The notes under the pieces were generated by a model that saw only the letters and a list, made by a program, of their open reading frames with translations, did no database searches and was not told the origin of the DNA. Below, piece by piece: positions 1 to 11,500 of a stretch of DNA of 35,316 nucleotides. The stretch's first letter is position 1. Each line of letters starts with the position of its first letter. This stretch comes from Niabella sp. Its GTDB lineage: Bacteria > Bacteroidota > Bacteroidia > Chitinophagales > Chitinophagaceae. A program made the position numbers and the translations under genes. Location: the NCBI GenBank assembly GCA_035326385.1, contig DAOLFI010000001.1, positions 1 to 35,316 of the forward strand, given 5' to 3'.

Positions 1-141
1 TTGGATCCCCGCCGCTTTGGAACAGTGCCACACGCGGGTTTTGGTTTAGGCTTTGAAAGAATGATACAATTTGTAACAGGCATGAGCAATATCCGTGATG
101 TGATTGCTTTCCCCAGAACACCCAAGAGCGCGGAGTTTTAA
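1..141 (+). CDS. asnS: Asparagine--tRNA ligase, 3' end (partial)
   Basis: Frame 1 reads [46 protein letters not shown]: class II motif 3 and the typical AsnRS C-terminus. Confidence 0.93.
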   Translation: MDPRRFGTVPHAGFGLGFERMIQFVTGMSNIRDVIAFPRTPKSAEF

Positions 142-371
142 TTGTAGTCGAAGGTCCATAGCCTATACCATAGTTGTGCTCCCTGTATGGGATTTTTGGC
201 TTTTCTTTTTAGGAAGGATGATATAAGTAAAGTATTGTCTGGAATAATGGTTTGTAATGCCGATGGTAAGTTATGAGTGAGTTTTTTAATACTCAATACA
301 CAATTTTCAATCAATGAGCAACGCTAACCGTTCCAAAAAGGATTATTGAAGATAGGGCTATGTACAATGGA

Positions 372-1112
372 CTATTGACTATGATCTTTCTTATACTTCT
401 TCGTTTCGAAGTTACTGTTGATCCATAGCACAACTGTATGGTATTGTTTGTTCAGGTTGCCGCTGGCAGGCGGTACGTAGCGGTGCATGTAACCCAATTG
501 GTAGGTATGATTTCCTTTGGCAACACCAAAAAATAAGCTGGCCCGGTTTTGATCAAGGTTATTACCGGTGATGTTCTTTCCAAAATTGAGCAGGATCTCA
601 TCATTTAATGAAATAAATTTCCGGGCATCCCCGAAAATATTCATGTTCACATTTTTCCGAACATTAAACAGGTAACGTACCCGGTGGTTAAAGGTGTAAC
701 CATCCGTAACATCTCCGTTTAAAAGCTTTTGCCTGAACCGGGCATCGTAGCGGATGCGGTTTTGAACTGTCCATCCTCTATCCATAGGCATGGTCAGCAT
801 CAGCTGTGCCCAGGGCCGGTGCTCTTTTCTTGTTAAACTTGTGGAATTGGGCGTGGTAAGGAACAGCCAGGCGTAACCGCCGGTAAATGTTGCATTTTTT
901 AAAGGAGTATAAGACAGGCCATGACGGGCAATAAAGAAACTTTCAGTATCAAAATGCACATCGTTCCAGATAGCTATTTTGGGCGTTACTTTAACCGAAG
1001 TCATATAACCAATCCATGCCTGGCTATAGTGCCTGGTTTGTTTTTGGGCTTTGGCAGATAGGGTTAAGAAAAGCGTACTTATAAAAAGAAGCGTTTTTAA
1101 TGCTTTCATCAA
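372..1112 (-). CDS. DUF2490-like outer-membrane beta-barrel protein
   Basis: Signal peptide; EHRPWAQ, R(Y)DARF, HRVRY, DEILLNFG and DQNR motifs typical of DUF2490. Confidence 0.75.
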   Translation of the reverse strand: MMKALKTLLFISTLFLTLSAKAQKQTRHYSQAWIGYMTSVKVTPKIAIWNDVHFDTESFFIARHGLSYTPLKNATFTGGYAWLFLTTPNSTSLTRKEHRPWAQLMLTMPMDRGWTVQNRIRYDARFRQKLLNGDVTDGYTFNHRVRYLFNVRKNVNMNIFGDARKFISLNDEILLNFGKNITGNNLDQNRASLFFGVAKGNHTYQLGYMHRYVPPASGNLNKQYHTVVLWINSNFETKKYKKDHSQ

Positions 1113-1261
1113 ACGGGTATCAAAATGAGAAAAGGCTAATTTACAAATGATATATATAGCGCTTACTGATGTTGGTCATGCCCGGCAATGATTTATAACT
1201 ATGTCGCGTGATAAATGGGTATAGAGGGGCCTGTGTAAGCATTGTAATGTTTTTGCCGGCA

Positions 1262-2149
1262 TTACTTCAGATGCTCCTTAAAAAAATCAACCGTTCTTTG
1301 CCAGGCCAGCTCTGCTGCGGCTTTATCGTACCTGGGTGTGGTATCATTATGAAAACCATGATTTACTTTTGGATACATGTACATGGTATATTCTTTCTTA
1401 TTTTCTTTCAGCGCTTTTTCATAAGCCGGCCAGCCTTCATTTACCCGGGTATCTAATTCCGCGTATTGTATAAGCAGTGGTGCTTTGATTTTTGGAACCT
1501 CTTCAACAGGTGGTTGCCCGCCATAAAAAGGTACAGCTGCATTCAATTCAGGAATCCGTACAGCCATCATGTTAGCAATCCATCCGCCAAAACAAAAACC
1601 TACTACTCCTATCTTGCCGTTGCAGTTCTTATCTTCTTTCAGATAGCTGTATCCTGCAATAAAATCTTCAAGCATTTCATCGCGCTGGCGTTTTGCCTGT
1701 AAGGCACGACCTTCATCATCAGTGCCTGGGTAGCCTCCTAAAGGTGTTAATGCGTCGGGCGCTAAAGCAATAAACCCGGCCAGGGCCGCACGCCTGGCCA
1801 CATCTTCAATATGAGGGTTTAATCCACGGTTTTCATGTACTACAACCACTCCGCCTAATCTATCTTTAGCATCAGCAGGCATACAAAGCAAACCCTTAAT
1901 AGTTCCGCCACCTTTAGATGAATTGTAAGTAATGTATTCTGATTTGATACGCGGATCGTTGGCTTTAATCTGCACACCGCCTTTGTAATCGGGCATTAAG
2001 AAGCTCATGAGTGATGTAACAGTGAGGCCTCCCACAGCATATACAGAAAGTTTCTGCACAAAATTCCGCCGGTTGATACGGTTATGTGCATAATCGTCAT
2101 ACAAATCAAAAACCTCCTGTTTAATATCTTCTTTTTTAATATCAGCCAT
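1262..2149 (-). CDS. Dienelactone hydrolase family protein (YghX-like)
   Basis: [15 protein letters not shown]-terminus, [16 protein letters not shown], nucleophile motif GFCFGG, HGFHND. Start moved to ATG 2149 (MADIKKED); the longer ORF would overlap the divergent lyase. Confidence 0.9.
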   Translation of the reverse strand: MADIKKEDIKQEVFDLYDDYAHNRINRRNFVQKLSVYAVGGLTVTSLMSFLMPDYKGGVQIKANDPRIKSEYITYNSSKGGGTIKGLLCMPADAKDRLGGVVVVHENRGLNPHIEDVARRAALAGFIALAPDALTPLGGYPGTDDEGRALQAKRQRDEMLEDFIAGYSYLKEDKNCNGKIGVVGFCFGGWIANMMAVRIPELNAAVPFYGGQPPVEEVPKIKAPLLIQYAELDTRVNEGWPAYEKALKENKKEYTMYMYPKVNHGFHNDTTPRYDKAAAELAWQRTVDFFKEHLK

Positions 2150-2242
2150 ACAATGCAGTTTAAAAGTTGAGCAAACGTTTGTTCTCTTAACAGCCCCAAT
2201 AATGTCGTTTATATTTAATAACTTTCTCCAAATATTTTTATT

Positions 2243-4180
2243 GTGAATATAGCTTGCTTTTTTAAAAGAACCGGCATACTGTTTTTCTTCGTAATTTTTT
2301 TCAGTGTTCATGCAATAGCGCTTGTGCCCCGGAACCTTTTGCAAAAACAGGGAGATGAGCTTTTTGTGGAAACTGTATTATTGTCAAAAGAGCAGTGGAT
2401 CCCATATCCATCATACCAGGACAGGAATGGCTGGAACCAGTTTTTGGGAAACTACAAAGCCGATATTATTGAAGCCGGCGAAAAGTTCCTGTCGTATCAA
2501 TGGCAGGTAATAACCGCAACGGATTACCTCGAATTTTCCAGGAGCGGCTCCCGTATTATAATGGAAGAGCCTTATAACAGGAATCTTAATGCTGTATCAG
2601 CCCTCTTTCTGGCTGAAATGGCCGAAGGTAAAGGCCGGTTTATGGATCAGCTTATTGATGGTATTTTTACTGCCTGCGAAATGACCTCCTGGTCTTTGTC
2701 GGCGCATCTTTCCATACAATTAAAAAACAAAAAATTTCCCGATCATAATCAGCAGATCATTGACCTTGTTGCCGGTGATGTAGGCGCTACGTTCTCGTGG
2801 ATCTATTATTTCCTGAATAAAGAATTTGATAAAGCCGACCCGCTCATTGCCCAACGGTTGAAGTATGAGATAGAAAGACGCATATTGGAACCTTATATGA
2901 GTGTAAACCATTTTTGGTGGATGGGCTTTGAACTAAGCCCGTCGCAGGTGATCAACAACTGGAATGTATGGTGCAACAGCAATGTGCTGCAGGCTTTTGC
3001 CTTAATGGAAGATGATAAAAATAAGCTGGCTAAAGCAGTGTATAAAACCATGCGCTCTGTTGACCAGTTCATTAATTACAATAAAGATGACGGCGCCTGC
3101 GAGGAAGGTCCCTCTTATTGGGGGCACGCCGCAGGGAAGCTGTACGATTACCTGCAAATATTATATGATATAACCGGGGGAAAGATCTCTATCTTTAAAG
3201 AGCCCATTGTTAAAAATATGGGTGAATATATTTCGCGCAGCTATGTAGGTAACGAATGGGTGGTAAACTTTGCCGATGCTTCTGCTAAAGGCGGAGGCGA
3301 TGCACCGCTGATATATCGCTTTGGAAAAGCCGTGAACAGTAAAGAAATGGAAGCCTTTGCTTCGTATTTATTAAAGCAAAGGAATGATGATTTAAAGATA
3401 AGAGCTGACCGGGATATGTTCAGAACACTGCAGAGCATTACCTATAATAAAGACATAGCAAATGTACAGCCGGCATTGCCTTTGGCGCCCTATACCTGGT
3501 ATGACCAAACAGAGTTTTGCTACATGAAAAACAAAAACTACTTCTTTGCTGCCAAAGGCGGATTTAATAATGAAAGCCACAATCATAATGATGTAGGAAC
3601 TTTTTCTTTATATGTTGATACCATCCCGTTTTTTGTAGATGCCGGAGTAGGCACTTATACCCGGCAAACATTCAGCAGTGAGCGGTATTCTATATGGACC
3701 ATGCAAAGCAATTATCATAATTTGCCTACGATTAATGGTGAAGCCCAGCAGTTTGGAGCTATGTATAAATCCCGCAATGTAAGCTTTGACAAAGCTAAGA
3801 GCCGCTTCAGTCTTGATATAAGTGGTGCATATAATAAGAATGCTGCGGTAAAAAGCTGGCAGCGTTCCTACACTCTATCAGCCAAAGGGCTGAAAATAGA
3901 AGATGTGTTTGAGCTCTCTGAAATAAAAGCGCCGTCCGGCATTAATTTTTTGGTAGCTGTAAAGCCGGTAACGGATAAGGAAGGTATTGTTCTTTTGCAA
4001 AAAGAGGGGAAACAGGTTGCGCTTACTTATTCAAAACAGTTGTTTGATGTTGAGGTAGATACCGTTTTACTGGAAGATAAAAGGCTTTCGAATGTATGGG
4101 GCAAAGAGTTATACAGGATAAGGCTGATTAGTAAAAGCCCTACATTAAAAGGGAAATATACTTTTACCATTATGAAATGA
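2243..4180 (+). CDS. Heparinase II/III-like polysaccharide lyase (possibly PL33-related)
   Basis: Signal peptide; [38 protein letters not shown] and [11 protein letters not shown] motifs; next to a PUL. Confidence 0.8.
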   Translation: MNIACFFKRTGILFFFVIFFSVHAIALVPRNLLQKQGDELFVETVLLSKEQWIPYPSYQDRNGWNQFLGNYKADIIEAGEKFLSYQWQVITATDYLEFSRSGSRIIMEEPYNRNLNAVSALFLAEMAEGKGRFMDQLIDGIFTACEMTSWSLSAHLSIQLKNKKFPDHNQQIIDLVAGDVGATFSWIYYFLNKEFDKADPLIAQRLKYEIERRILEPYMSVNHFWWMGFELSPSQVINNWNVWCNSNVLQAFALMEDDKNKLAKAVYKTMRSVDQFINYNKDDGACEEGPSYWGHAAGKLYDYLQILYDITGGKISIFKEPIVKNMGEYISRSYVGNEWVVNFADASAKGGGDAPLIYRFGKAVNSKEMEAFASYLLKQRNDDLKIRADRDMFRTLQSITYNKDIANVQPALPLAPYTWYDQTEFCYMKNKNYFFAAKGGFNNESHNHNDVGTFSLYVDTIPFFVDAGVGTYTRQTFSSERYSIWTMQSNYHNLPTINGEAQQFGAMYKSRNVSFDKAKSRFSLDISGAYNKNAAVKSWQRSYTLSAKGLKIEDVFELSEIKAPSGINFLVAVKPVTDKEGIVLLQKEGKQVALTYSKQLFDVEVDTVLLEDKRLSNVWGKELYRIRLISKSPTLKGKYTFTIMK

Positions 4181-4233
4181 TTTTGGAAAATGGAGGCGCC
4201 TTATGTTTATAAGTAATATTAGTTACATAAATA

Positions 4234-7200
4234 TTAGCGCTCGCGCTCCGGATTAAACTTTTTCGAATCAGGGCTGAATTCACTTGGTAAAACCCCGAAG
4301 TATTTTTTAAACTCCCTGCTAAAGTATTTCCTGTCATCATAGCCAACAGCAAAGGACACTTCATTAACGGTTAATCTTTTTTGAGCTAACAGTTCTGCTG
4401 CTTTTTTGAACCGCTGCAGTTTGATAAATTCGTTAACAGACATATTGGTGAGCGCCCGTAATTTTTTATAAAGAACAGGAGCGCTCATAGCTACTTTCCG
4501 CGAAAGCATATCTACACCAAAGCCGGGGTTGTCAATATGCTGATCAATCAGATGGATGACTTTTTCCAGAAAAGCTTTGTCAAGATCATTTGAAGAGAGA
4601 TCATCTTCTGATGATGGCTTTTCTTCACGGGTAACAGACAGGCTTGCCAGTTCTTTTAACTGTTTTTGTTTAAGCCGTTCGCGTGCCGTTAAGAGGTTTT
4701 GTATGCTTAACTCTAAAACTTTTATGCTGAAGGGTTTGGTAAGATATAAATCAGCACCTTGCCGCAACCCGGTTACCTGGTCGGTTTGAGCGCTTTTTGC
4801 TGTAAGCAGTATTACCGGTATATGACAGGTTCTTTCATCCATTCTTATCTTTTCGCAAAGAGCATAACCATCCATTTCGGGCATCATTACATCGCTGATC
4901 ATAAGATCCGGAATTTCAGATGTGGCCGCCTCCCAGCCGGATTGTCCGTTTTCGGCTGTGATGATATTATACAGTGGAGCAAGTGTTTCTTTGATCAGCT
5001 GTACCAGCTCGGTATTGTCTTCTACAATTAATAATGTGTATTTTTTAAAATCGGGCAGTATATCTTTTCCCGGATTTTTTTCGGAGGTAACAAAAAACGA
5101 AACCAGCTCCGGCATCGGGTGACTGACTGGTGCAGGTATTGTTTTGGGGGCAGGTGTAAGTTGCGCATTTTTGGGGAGTACTACTGTAAATACTGTTTTA
5201 CCCCGCTTACCGTTTTGTGCGGGTGTGCTTTCAACAGATATAGTGCCTTTATGCAGTTCAACGATATTTTTAGATAAAGCCAGGCCAATACCATAACCTG
5301 TATTTTGCAAGCCGTGATCGGCTACCTGGAAAAAATTAGTGAATAAATTTTTAATATATGCCGGGTTTATACCAAGCCCGTTATCAGAGACCTTTACTGT
5401 TACACTGTTGCTGTTTTGGCATGATATATACAAGTCTATCTGCCCTCCTTCCGGAGTGAATTTAAACGCATTGGCCAGCAGGTTAAAGAAAACCTTTTCC
5501 AGCTGCCGCTCGTCAAAATTTACTTCTGCAAAATCTTCATCATGCACCATAGACATGCTGATGTTTTTGGATAAGGACAGCTCCCTGAAGCTTTCATATA
5601 TTTCCTGTAGAAAAGGAATGAGGTTTTGCCGGTTTGGATGTAATTGTAAATGATCGGTTTCTGCTTTGCGGAAATCCATTAGCTCGCTAACCAGCCCCAA
5701 CAAGCGGTTGGTATTTGATTTTACCTGGGTAAGCTGCTGTTGTATAAAACTATTGTCGCGGGCATTATTAAGAAGCCGTTCTACCGGCGTCATTATTAAA
5801 GTAAGATGCGTACGTATATCGTGCGACACGTTGGTAAAGAAATTCAGTTTGGCCTGGTGCAGTTCCTCCTCTTTTTTTATCAGCACCCGCAAAAAGAAAA
5901 AGCGGGCAACAATAAATACAATAGTAGCGGCAATAAGCGCATAAAAGCAATAGGCCCACCAGGTAAGCCAGAATGGAGGCTTTACCTGTATCATAACAGA
6001 AATGGTATTACTCCATAGCCCATCGTTATTGGCGCCCTTAACAAACAACGTGTAAAATCCCGAAGGAAGATTGGTATAGGTAACAGATCCTTCTGATGTT
6101 TCTTTCCAGCTTTTGTCAAAACCTTCCAGCCTGTACTCATATTTGTTTTTTTCGCTTTTTATATAATTCAGCAAAGCAAACTCAATGGTGAAAGCATTCT
6201 GGTTATGGGCAAAGGTTAGTTTGGGGGCCGTTGTAATATTTTCTTTTAAAATGTTTTCTGCACCGTTAACTTTTACTTCCTTACTATCCAGCTTTAAAGC
6301 GGTAAAAACAAGGGACGCTGTAAAGTGGTTTTTCTTTATCTCGGCGGGAAGAAAATAGGTAATGCCATTAAAGCCGCCAAAATAAAAACGGCCATCCTTG
6401 CCCTTATAAAAAGAATTATAATTGAACTCATTCCCGGCAATACCATCAGCAGTTGTATATAGCAGGTATCTTTTACTATCAGGATAATAATGAACCAGTC
6501 CTTTGCTGCTGCTTAACCATAAAGAACCATCACTGTCACTTATAATACCAAGAATGTTCAGAGATCGTAAAAAAGGGTGCTTATCTTTCGAGAGCTTCCT
6601 GCTCTTTTTATTGAATCGTAAAAGCCCGCTGCCATTAGTGCCCATCCATAATGTACCGTGATCATCTTCCCGGAAACAATTTATGGTGCAGGAGCTGTCC
6701 TGCTCTTCTAAACGGTCTTCTCTCAGGAGGTATAAGCCAGGAATAGCAGCAATCCAGATATCATCATTGTTATCCCTGTATAAATATTTAGGGATTCCTC
6801 TTACAGAAAATTTTACAGATGGCTGTGCCGTTAAAGAAGTTCCGGATTTCTTAAAAATGTGGATCCCGGAGTTAGACGCTACCCATAAGTGCTGGTTCCG
6901 GTCTTCTGTTATTGAAGAAATTTCTCCTACAGGAGAGGTACCTGTATTTATAGGATATCTTATAAATTTTGATGTACCCGGAGCCAGAACATTCAGGCTT
7001 CCGCCATGGGTTCCCAGCCAGAGATGATCTTCTTTATCTAAGTAAACCTCTTTTATCAGGTTCGAACCAAGAGAGGTGCTGTCTTTGGGGTCATGTTTAT
7101 AAAAGCGGAAAACTCCGGTTATTTTATCATAGTAATTAAGGCCGCCTCCTTCTGTTGCTATCCATAGGTTACCCTTCCTGTCTTCTTCAATGCTGCTTAT

Positions 7201-8271
7201 GACATTATTGCTGATGCTGTTGATTTTGTCATCATTTTGCAGGGTTGAAAAAGGGGTATTGTAAGCATAGCAGAGGTTAGCTCCACCAAAATAAGTGCCC
7301 ACCCATACAGAGCCATTATTATCCTGGAAAATACTATGAACAGAGTTCTGGCTCAGGCTGTTTTTATTGGCAGAGTTATGGGCTATGTTTTGAAAGCTGC
7401 CGGTTAACGGGTTTATGATGCTGATCCCCTCCTGTGTTCCGATCCAAAGGTTTTTGTTTTTGTCTAAAAAAATGCGGCGGATATTATTATTAATAAGGCC
7501 GGTGCTGCTGGCTTTATTGCTCTGGTAGCGTGTAAGGCTTCTGAAATGAGGATCGAAACAATAAGCCCCGTTATTTTGAGTACCGATCCAGATTTTATGA
7601 TTTGCATCTTCTGCAATAGAAGTGACTTTTTGGAGCGTTGGCGGCAAAGGATGTGCTAACAATGCGCTTAGTGTTGTTAAAACAGTCTTATTGTTCCTGT
7701 TTTCAAGTATGCTTACACCTTTATCCGAACCGATCCATATTTTCCCCCCGCTGTCTTCAAAAATTGCTTTAACAGTACCTTTTATATTAAAAGGTATGTT
7801 TTTTTTATTGTTTATGAGTGTCAGCCCATCTGACCCACCCACCCAAAGCCGCCCTTTCGAGTCTTCATAAATTGCAAAGACCTGAGCTCCTGTGCTGTTG
7901 TTAAGGCCGGTATGTTCAAAAGTATCTGTTTTTTCATTGTACCTGTTCAGTCCATTCGAAGTGCCGGCCCAAACCTGGCCTTTAACATCGGTAAAAAGAG
8001 ACAGGATATTATTATGGGATATCAGTGAGGTGTTTTCGGAGTTTCTTCTGTATGTTTTAAAACGTATACCATCGTACCGGCATAACCCGTCTGTGGTGCC
8101 CAGCCATATAAACCCTTTTTTATCCTGCGTAATGGAAATCACACTATAGCTGGGCAGCCCCTGTTCCACAGAAAACTGCCGGAAAGAAAACGGCTGGGCC
8201 CAAAGTGTATTTATACACAGAAGCAAAAAGCCAATGCTTTGTATGAATTGTATCCATAACGGTTTTGGCAT
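4234..8271 (-). CDS. Hybrid two-component system sensor/regulator (beta-propeller, Y_Y_Y, His kinase, receiver, AraC HTH)
   Basis: Repeated D-x-x-G-x-[LI]-W-[IV]-G-T blades, YRLEGFD, TM PPFWLTWWAY, FFTNVSHDIRT, NLLANAFKFT, GYGIGLAL, SDVMMPEMDG, C-terminal YFSREFKKYFG. Confidence 0.95.
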   Translation of the reverse strand: MPKPLWIQFIQSIGFLLLCINTLWAQPFSFRQFSVEQGLPSYSVISITQDKKGFIWLGTTDGLCRYDGIRFKTYRRNSENTSLISHNNILSLFTDVKGQVWAGTSNGLNRYNEKTDTFEHTGLNNSTGAQVFAIYEDSKGRLWVGGSDGLTLINNKKNIPFNIKGTVKAIFEDSGGKIWIGSDKGVSILENRNNKTVLTTLSALLAHPLPPTLQKVTSIAEDANHKIWIGTQNNGAYCFDPHFRSLTRYQSNKASSTGLINNNIRRIFLDKNKNLWIGTQEGISIINPLTGSFQNIAHNSANKNSLSQNSVHSIFQDNNGSVWVGTYFGGANLCYAYNTPFSTLQNDDKINSISNNVISSIEEDRKGNLWIATEGGGLNYYDKITGVFRFYKHDPKDSTSLGSNLIKEVYLDKEDHLWLGTHGGSLNVLAPGTSKFIRYPINTGTSPVGEISSITEDRNQHLWVASNSGIHIFKKSGTSLTAQPSVKFSVRGIPKYLYRDNNDDIWIAAIPGLYLLREDRLEEQDSSCTINCFREDDHGTLWMGTNGSGLLRFNKKSRKLSKDKHPFLRSLNILGIISDSDGSLWLSSSKGLVHYYPDSKRYLLYTTADGIAGNEFNYNSFYKGKDGRFYFGGFNGITYFLPAEIKKNHFTASLVFTALKLDSKEVKVNGAENILKENITTAPKLTFAHNQNAFTIEFALLNYIKSEKNKYEYRLEGFDKSWKETSEGSVTYTNLPSGFYTLFVKGANNDGLWSNTISVMIQVKPPFWLTWWAYCFYALIAATIVFIVARFFFLRVLIKKEEELHQAKLNFFTNVSHDIRTHLTLIMTPVERLLNNARDNSFIQQQLTQVKSNTNRLLGLVSELMDFRKAETDHLQLHPNRQNLIPFLQEIYESFRELSLSKNISMSMVHDEDFAEVNFDERQLEKVFFNLLANAFKFTPEGGQIDLYISCQNSNSVTVKVSDNGLGINPAYIKNLFTNFFQVADHGLQNTGYGIGLALSKNIVELHKGTISVESTPAQNGKRGKTVFTVVLPKNAQLTPAPKTIPAPVSHPMPELVSFFVTSEKNPGKDILPDFKKYTLLIVEDNTELVQLIKETLAPLYNIITAENGQSGWEAATSEIPDLMISDVMMPEMDGYALCEKIRMDERTCHIPVILLTAKSAQTDQVTGLRQGADLYLTKPFSIKVLELSIQNLLTARERLKQKQLKELASLSVTREEKPSSEDDLSSNDLDKAFLEKVIHLIDQHIDNPGFGVDMLSRKVAMSAPVLYKKLRALTNMSVNEFIKLQRFKKAAELLAQKRLTVNEVSFAVGYDDRKYFSREFKKYFGVLPSEFSPDSKKFNPERER

Positions 8272-8361
8272 AGGTACAAATTAAGATGAAATGTTAAGAA
8301 AAGCTTATGACAAAGCGGGAATTTTAAATTTTTTTTAAATAGACCCTCCCCAAAAATTTTT

Positions 8362-8402
8362 AAACCATAAATTGTTGATTGAAAATCAACAATTTATGGT
8401 TT
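8362..8402. repeat. Perfect 19-bp inverted repeat in the HTCS-susC divergent intergenic region
   Basis: AAACCATAAATTGTTGATT-GAA-AATCAACAATTTATGGTTT. Confidence 0.85.
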
Positions 8403-8410
8403 GCTTTAAG

Positions 8411-8445
8411 AAATTCACCCTAAAAGTTTAGAAAATTCTCCGCCC
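8411..8445 (+). promoter_or_regulatory. Candidate HTCS (AraC-type) operator: imperfect direct repeat with 22-bp period
   Basis: AAATTCACCC at 8411 and AAATTCTCCG at 8433, upstream of susC; function inferred from position and spacing. Confidence 0.4.
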
Positions 8446-8550
8446 TCGCTTCTTTTCAACAATACATTGCAAGTGTTAATTTTTTTAACGATTGTTTTTC
8501 AGTATGCTTTTTTTTATACAAAAATCACAACTACGCTTTTTAAAAAAACG

Positions 8551-11500
8551 ATGCATGTTTTGTGCCTTCTCAGGTTCTGGGTGCTGGTTGGCGCAACTTT
8601 TCTTTTACCCCTTTTTCTTCATGCCCAGGGGAATAAAATTTCCGGTACTGTGCTGGATGACCAGGGAAAGCCGATTGCAGGTGCCTCGGTTTTAGTGAAG
8701 AATACGTCTGTTGGTACTAATACTAATGATGAGGGAACGTTTTCCATCAATGCGGCCCCAAACAGTGTGCTGGTGATTTCTTCTGTAGGTTATGAAACAT
8801 TGGAACAGAATGTGGGCACACAGCAGGATGTTACGGTGGTATTAAAGTCGGCGCAGGCGGCGATGGATGAAGTGGTGGTTGTGGGTTATGGTACGCAGAA
8901 AAAAGTGAATCTTACGGGATCTGTAGCTACTGTTTCGGCAAAGCAGTTAGCTGATCGGCCAATTACAAATGTTTCCTCAGCTATTGGAGGTTTAATGCCT
9001 GGTGTTTTTGTGCGCCAGGGGTCTGGTGATCCCAGGGGAGATGGTGCCAATATTCAAATTCGTGGTACCGGAACGCTCAGCTCTACAGGTCCATTAGTGC
9101 TTGTAGATGGTGTTATTGGCTCTATGGATGCAGTAAATCCAAATGACATAGAAAGCGTTTCTGTGTTGAAGGATGCCGCATCTGCGTCTATTTATGGTAC
9201 ACTGGCAGCAAATGGTGTTATACTGATCACTACCAAAAAAGGAACAAAAAACCGCACAACAGTCAACTATAGCGGGGGCGTGTCGTTTACAAGGCCAATG
9301 AATCTTCCTAAATTTGTTACTAACTATGCTGAGCACATGCGGCTGGTTAACGAAGGGCATATAAATGTTGGCAGTGCACCTATTTTTTCGGATCAGACAA
9401 TAATAGAACAGGATTCGGCCAGTAAAATTCCGAACCAGATAAACGCTGTTGGTGTGCCGAATTATATCGCTTACCCCAATACAGATTGGGCCGATGCATT
9501 ATATGGCAAAAGCCGGATCCTGCAAAATCATACCGTTTCTGTAAATGGTGGATCAGATAAAGCCACCTATCTGGCCTCATTCGGATATTTGGATAATCCC
9601 GGCAGTATAGAAAATACGGGATTAAAGCGCTATCAGCTTCGTGCCAATATAGAAGCTAAAGTAGCTAAATTCCTTACGGTAGGCACTCAAACCTTTGGTC
9701 TTACACAGTTAAGCCAGATGGGAAATACAGAAAGCGCTTTTAACTTTCTGCCGCAAACAACACCGGGTGTGGTACCCTACTATGATGGCAGGTATGGATT
9801 TGCGCAAGCTCCTGGAGAGTCGGGGACAGCAAACAACATCCTTGGGTTTTTAAATAATACTGCTGGTGATGATCAAACAACCCGGCTAAATACTACGTTG
9901 TACACCATCTTTACTATTTTAAAGGGACTGAGTTTTGAAAGCCGCATGAATTACCAGTTCCGTCAGAACGAATATAACTCACATGCCAATGCGGGACCAA
10001 GCGAGCGGTGGAATTTCAGAACAAATGGGCTTATGTCACCTCTTCCTGCATTAAGTAACCTGACTACTTACTACAGCTTTAACAAAGATTATCGCCTCAC
10101 ATTTGACAATGTACTGCGTTACACAACAACGATAAAAAATGATCATGATATTGGTGCTCTATTCGGGTATAATCAGTGGTATGTAAACTGGTACAATTTT
10201 AACGGCACGAAGCGGGGACTTATTGACTATAATATTACCACACCTGGCAGCGCTGTAGAGCCAGTGAGTATTAACGGTACTGAGTATGACGATGCAATGC
10301 GTTCATGGTTTGGAAGAGTAAACTATGGGTATAAAGGAAAATATTTGTTGGAAGGTAACCTGCGTTATGACGGATCTTCCCGCTTTTCTCCCGAAACACG
10401 CTGGGGTGTGTTTCCTTCCATGTCTGCAGGATGGCGTATTTCAGAAGAAGGCTTTATGCAGGGTACAAAAGACTGGTTAAGTAATTTAAAACTGAAAGCC
10501 TCCTGGGGTAAAACCGGAAATGTGGCCCGGCGATATGATGATATCAATGATCCCCGGAACTATTATATCTGGCAGTCCTTTTATGATCAGGCGCTGTATT
10601 CTTTCAATGGCAGTCAGGTGGCTGGGTTAGCGCAAAGCGTTTATGCTAATCGGGCATTACAATGGGAAACATCCACAGCTACCAACTTTGGTTTGGAGGG
10701 AGGCTTATGGAAAAATAAACTAACGCTTGAGCTGGATGTGTATCGCCGGTATACTTATGGTATTCTTACTGTGCCTCCAATTCCTCTAACAGCTGGTACC
10801 ATTGCTGCTCCTATTGAAAACACTGCAGATGTGGTGAATAAGGGTATTGAATTAATGTTGGGATACAGGGGTAAGGCCGGGGATTTTACCTTTAATGTTT
10901 CCGGTAATATATCTTATAACACCAATGAGGTTGTTAAATATAAAGGCAAATTAGTAGAGGGCTTTGATAACGGTGTGTACCGGTCTAATTTGGGAGATGT
11001 GTCTACCGGAGGCACAACAAGAAGGCTTGAGGATCATAAGGTGGATGAGTATTATCTGTATAAAGTATACAGCGGCAGCGGTACCTATTTTAATACAGAT
11101 GGAAGCGTGAATATAAACGGGGGCCCCAAAGACGGTATGATCCGTACTCCGGAAGATCTGGCATGGGCACAAGCTATGCTGGCAGCAGGGCATCCATTGC
11201 GCCCCTCAAACGCAGTAAGAAACAATGCTATCTGGTATGGTGACCTGATTTATGCTGATTTGAATGGCGATGGCGATTATGGTAACAGCTTTGACCGATA
11301 TTTTACGGGTACGTCTTCACTGCCTAAATTTGTATTTGGCCTGAACGCTACAGTAACATGGAAGCAGTTTGATCTTTCTATGATATGGGCCGGCGCAACA
11401 GGACATCAATATTACTGGAATGATGTGTATAATAATTCTTCAGTAAGAAACGGATTTGCACTCCCGGTTCTCTATGGCAGAGATCATTATTTTTATGATC

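Noticed and set aside
318-330. ACGCTAAC as an attC-like end after asnS
   Set aside because: No partner GTTAGC box or inner stem nearby; likely chance.
2150-2344. Long N-terminal extensions from the ORF track (dienelactone hydrolase; likewise lysS, adk, msrB, NUDIX, beta-barrel, AhpD)
   Set aside because: Extensions overlap neighbouring genes or promoter boxes; downstream ATGs match the family N-termini.
4400-8200. Repeats in the HTCS as a novel repeat protein
   Set aside because: Ordinary beta-propeller blades of Bacteroidota HTCS sensors.
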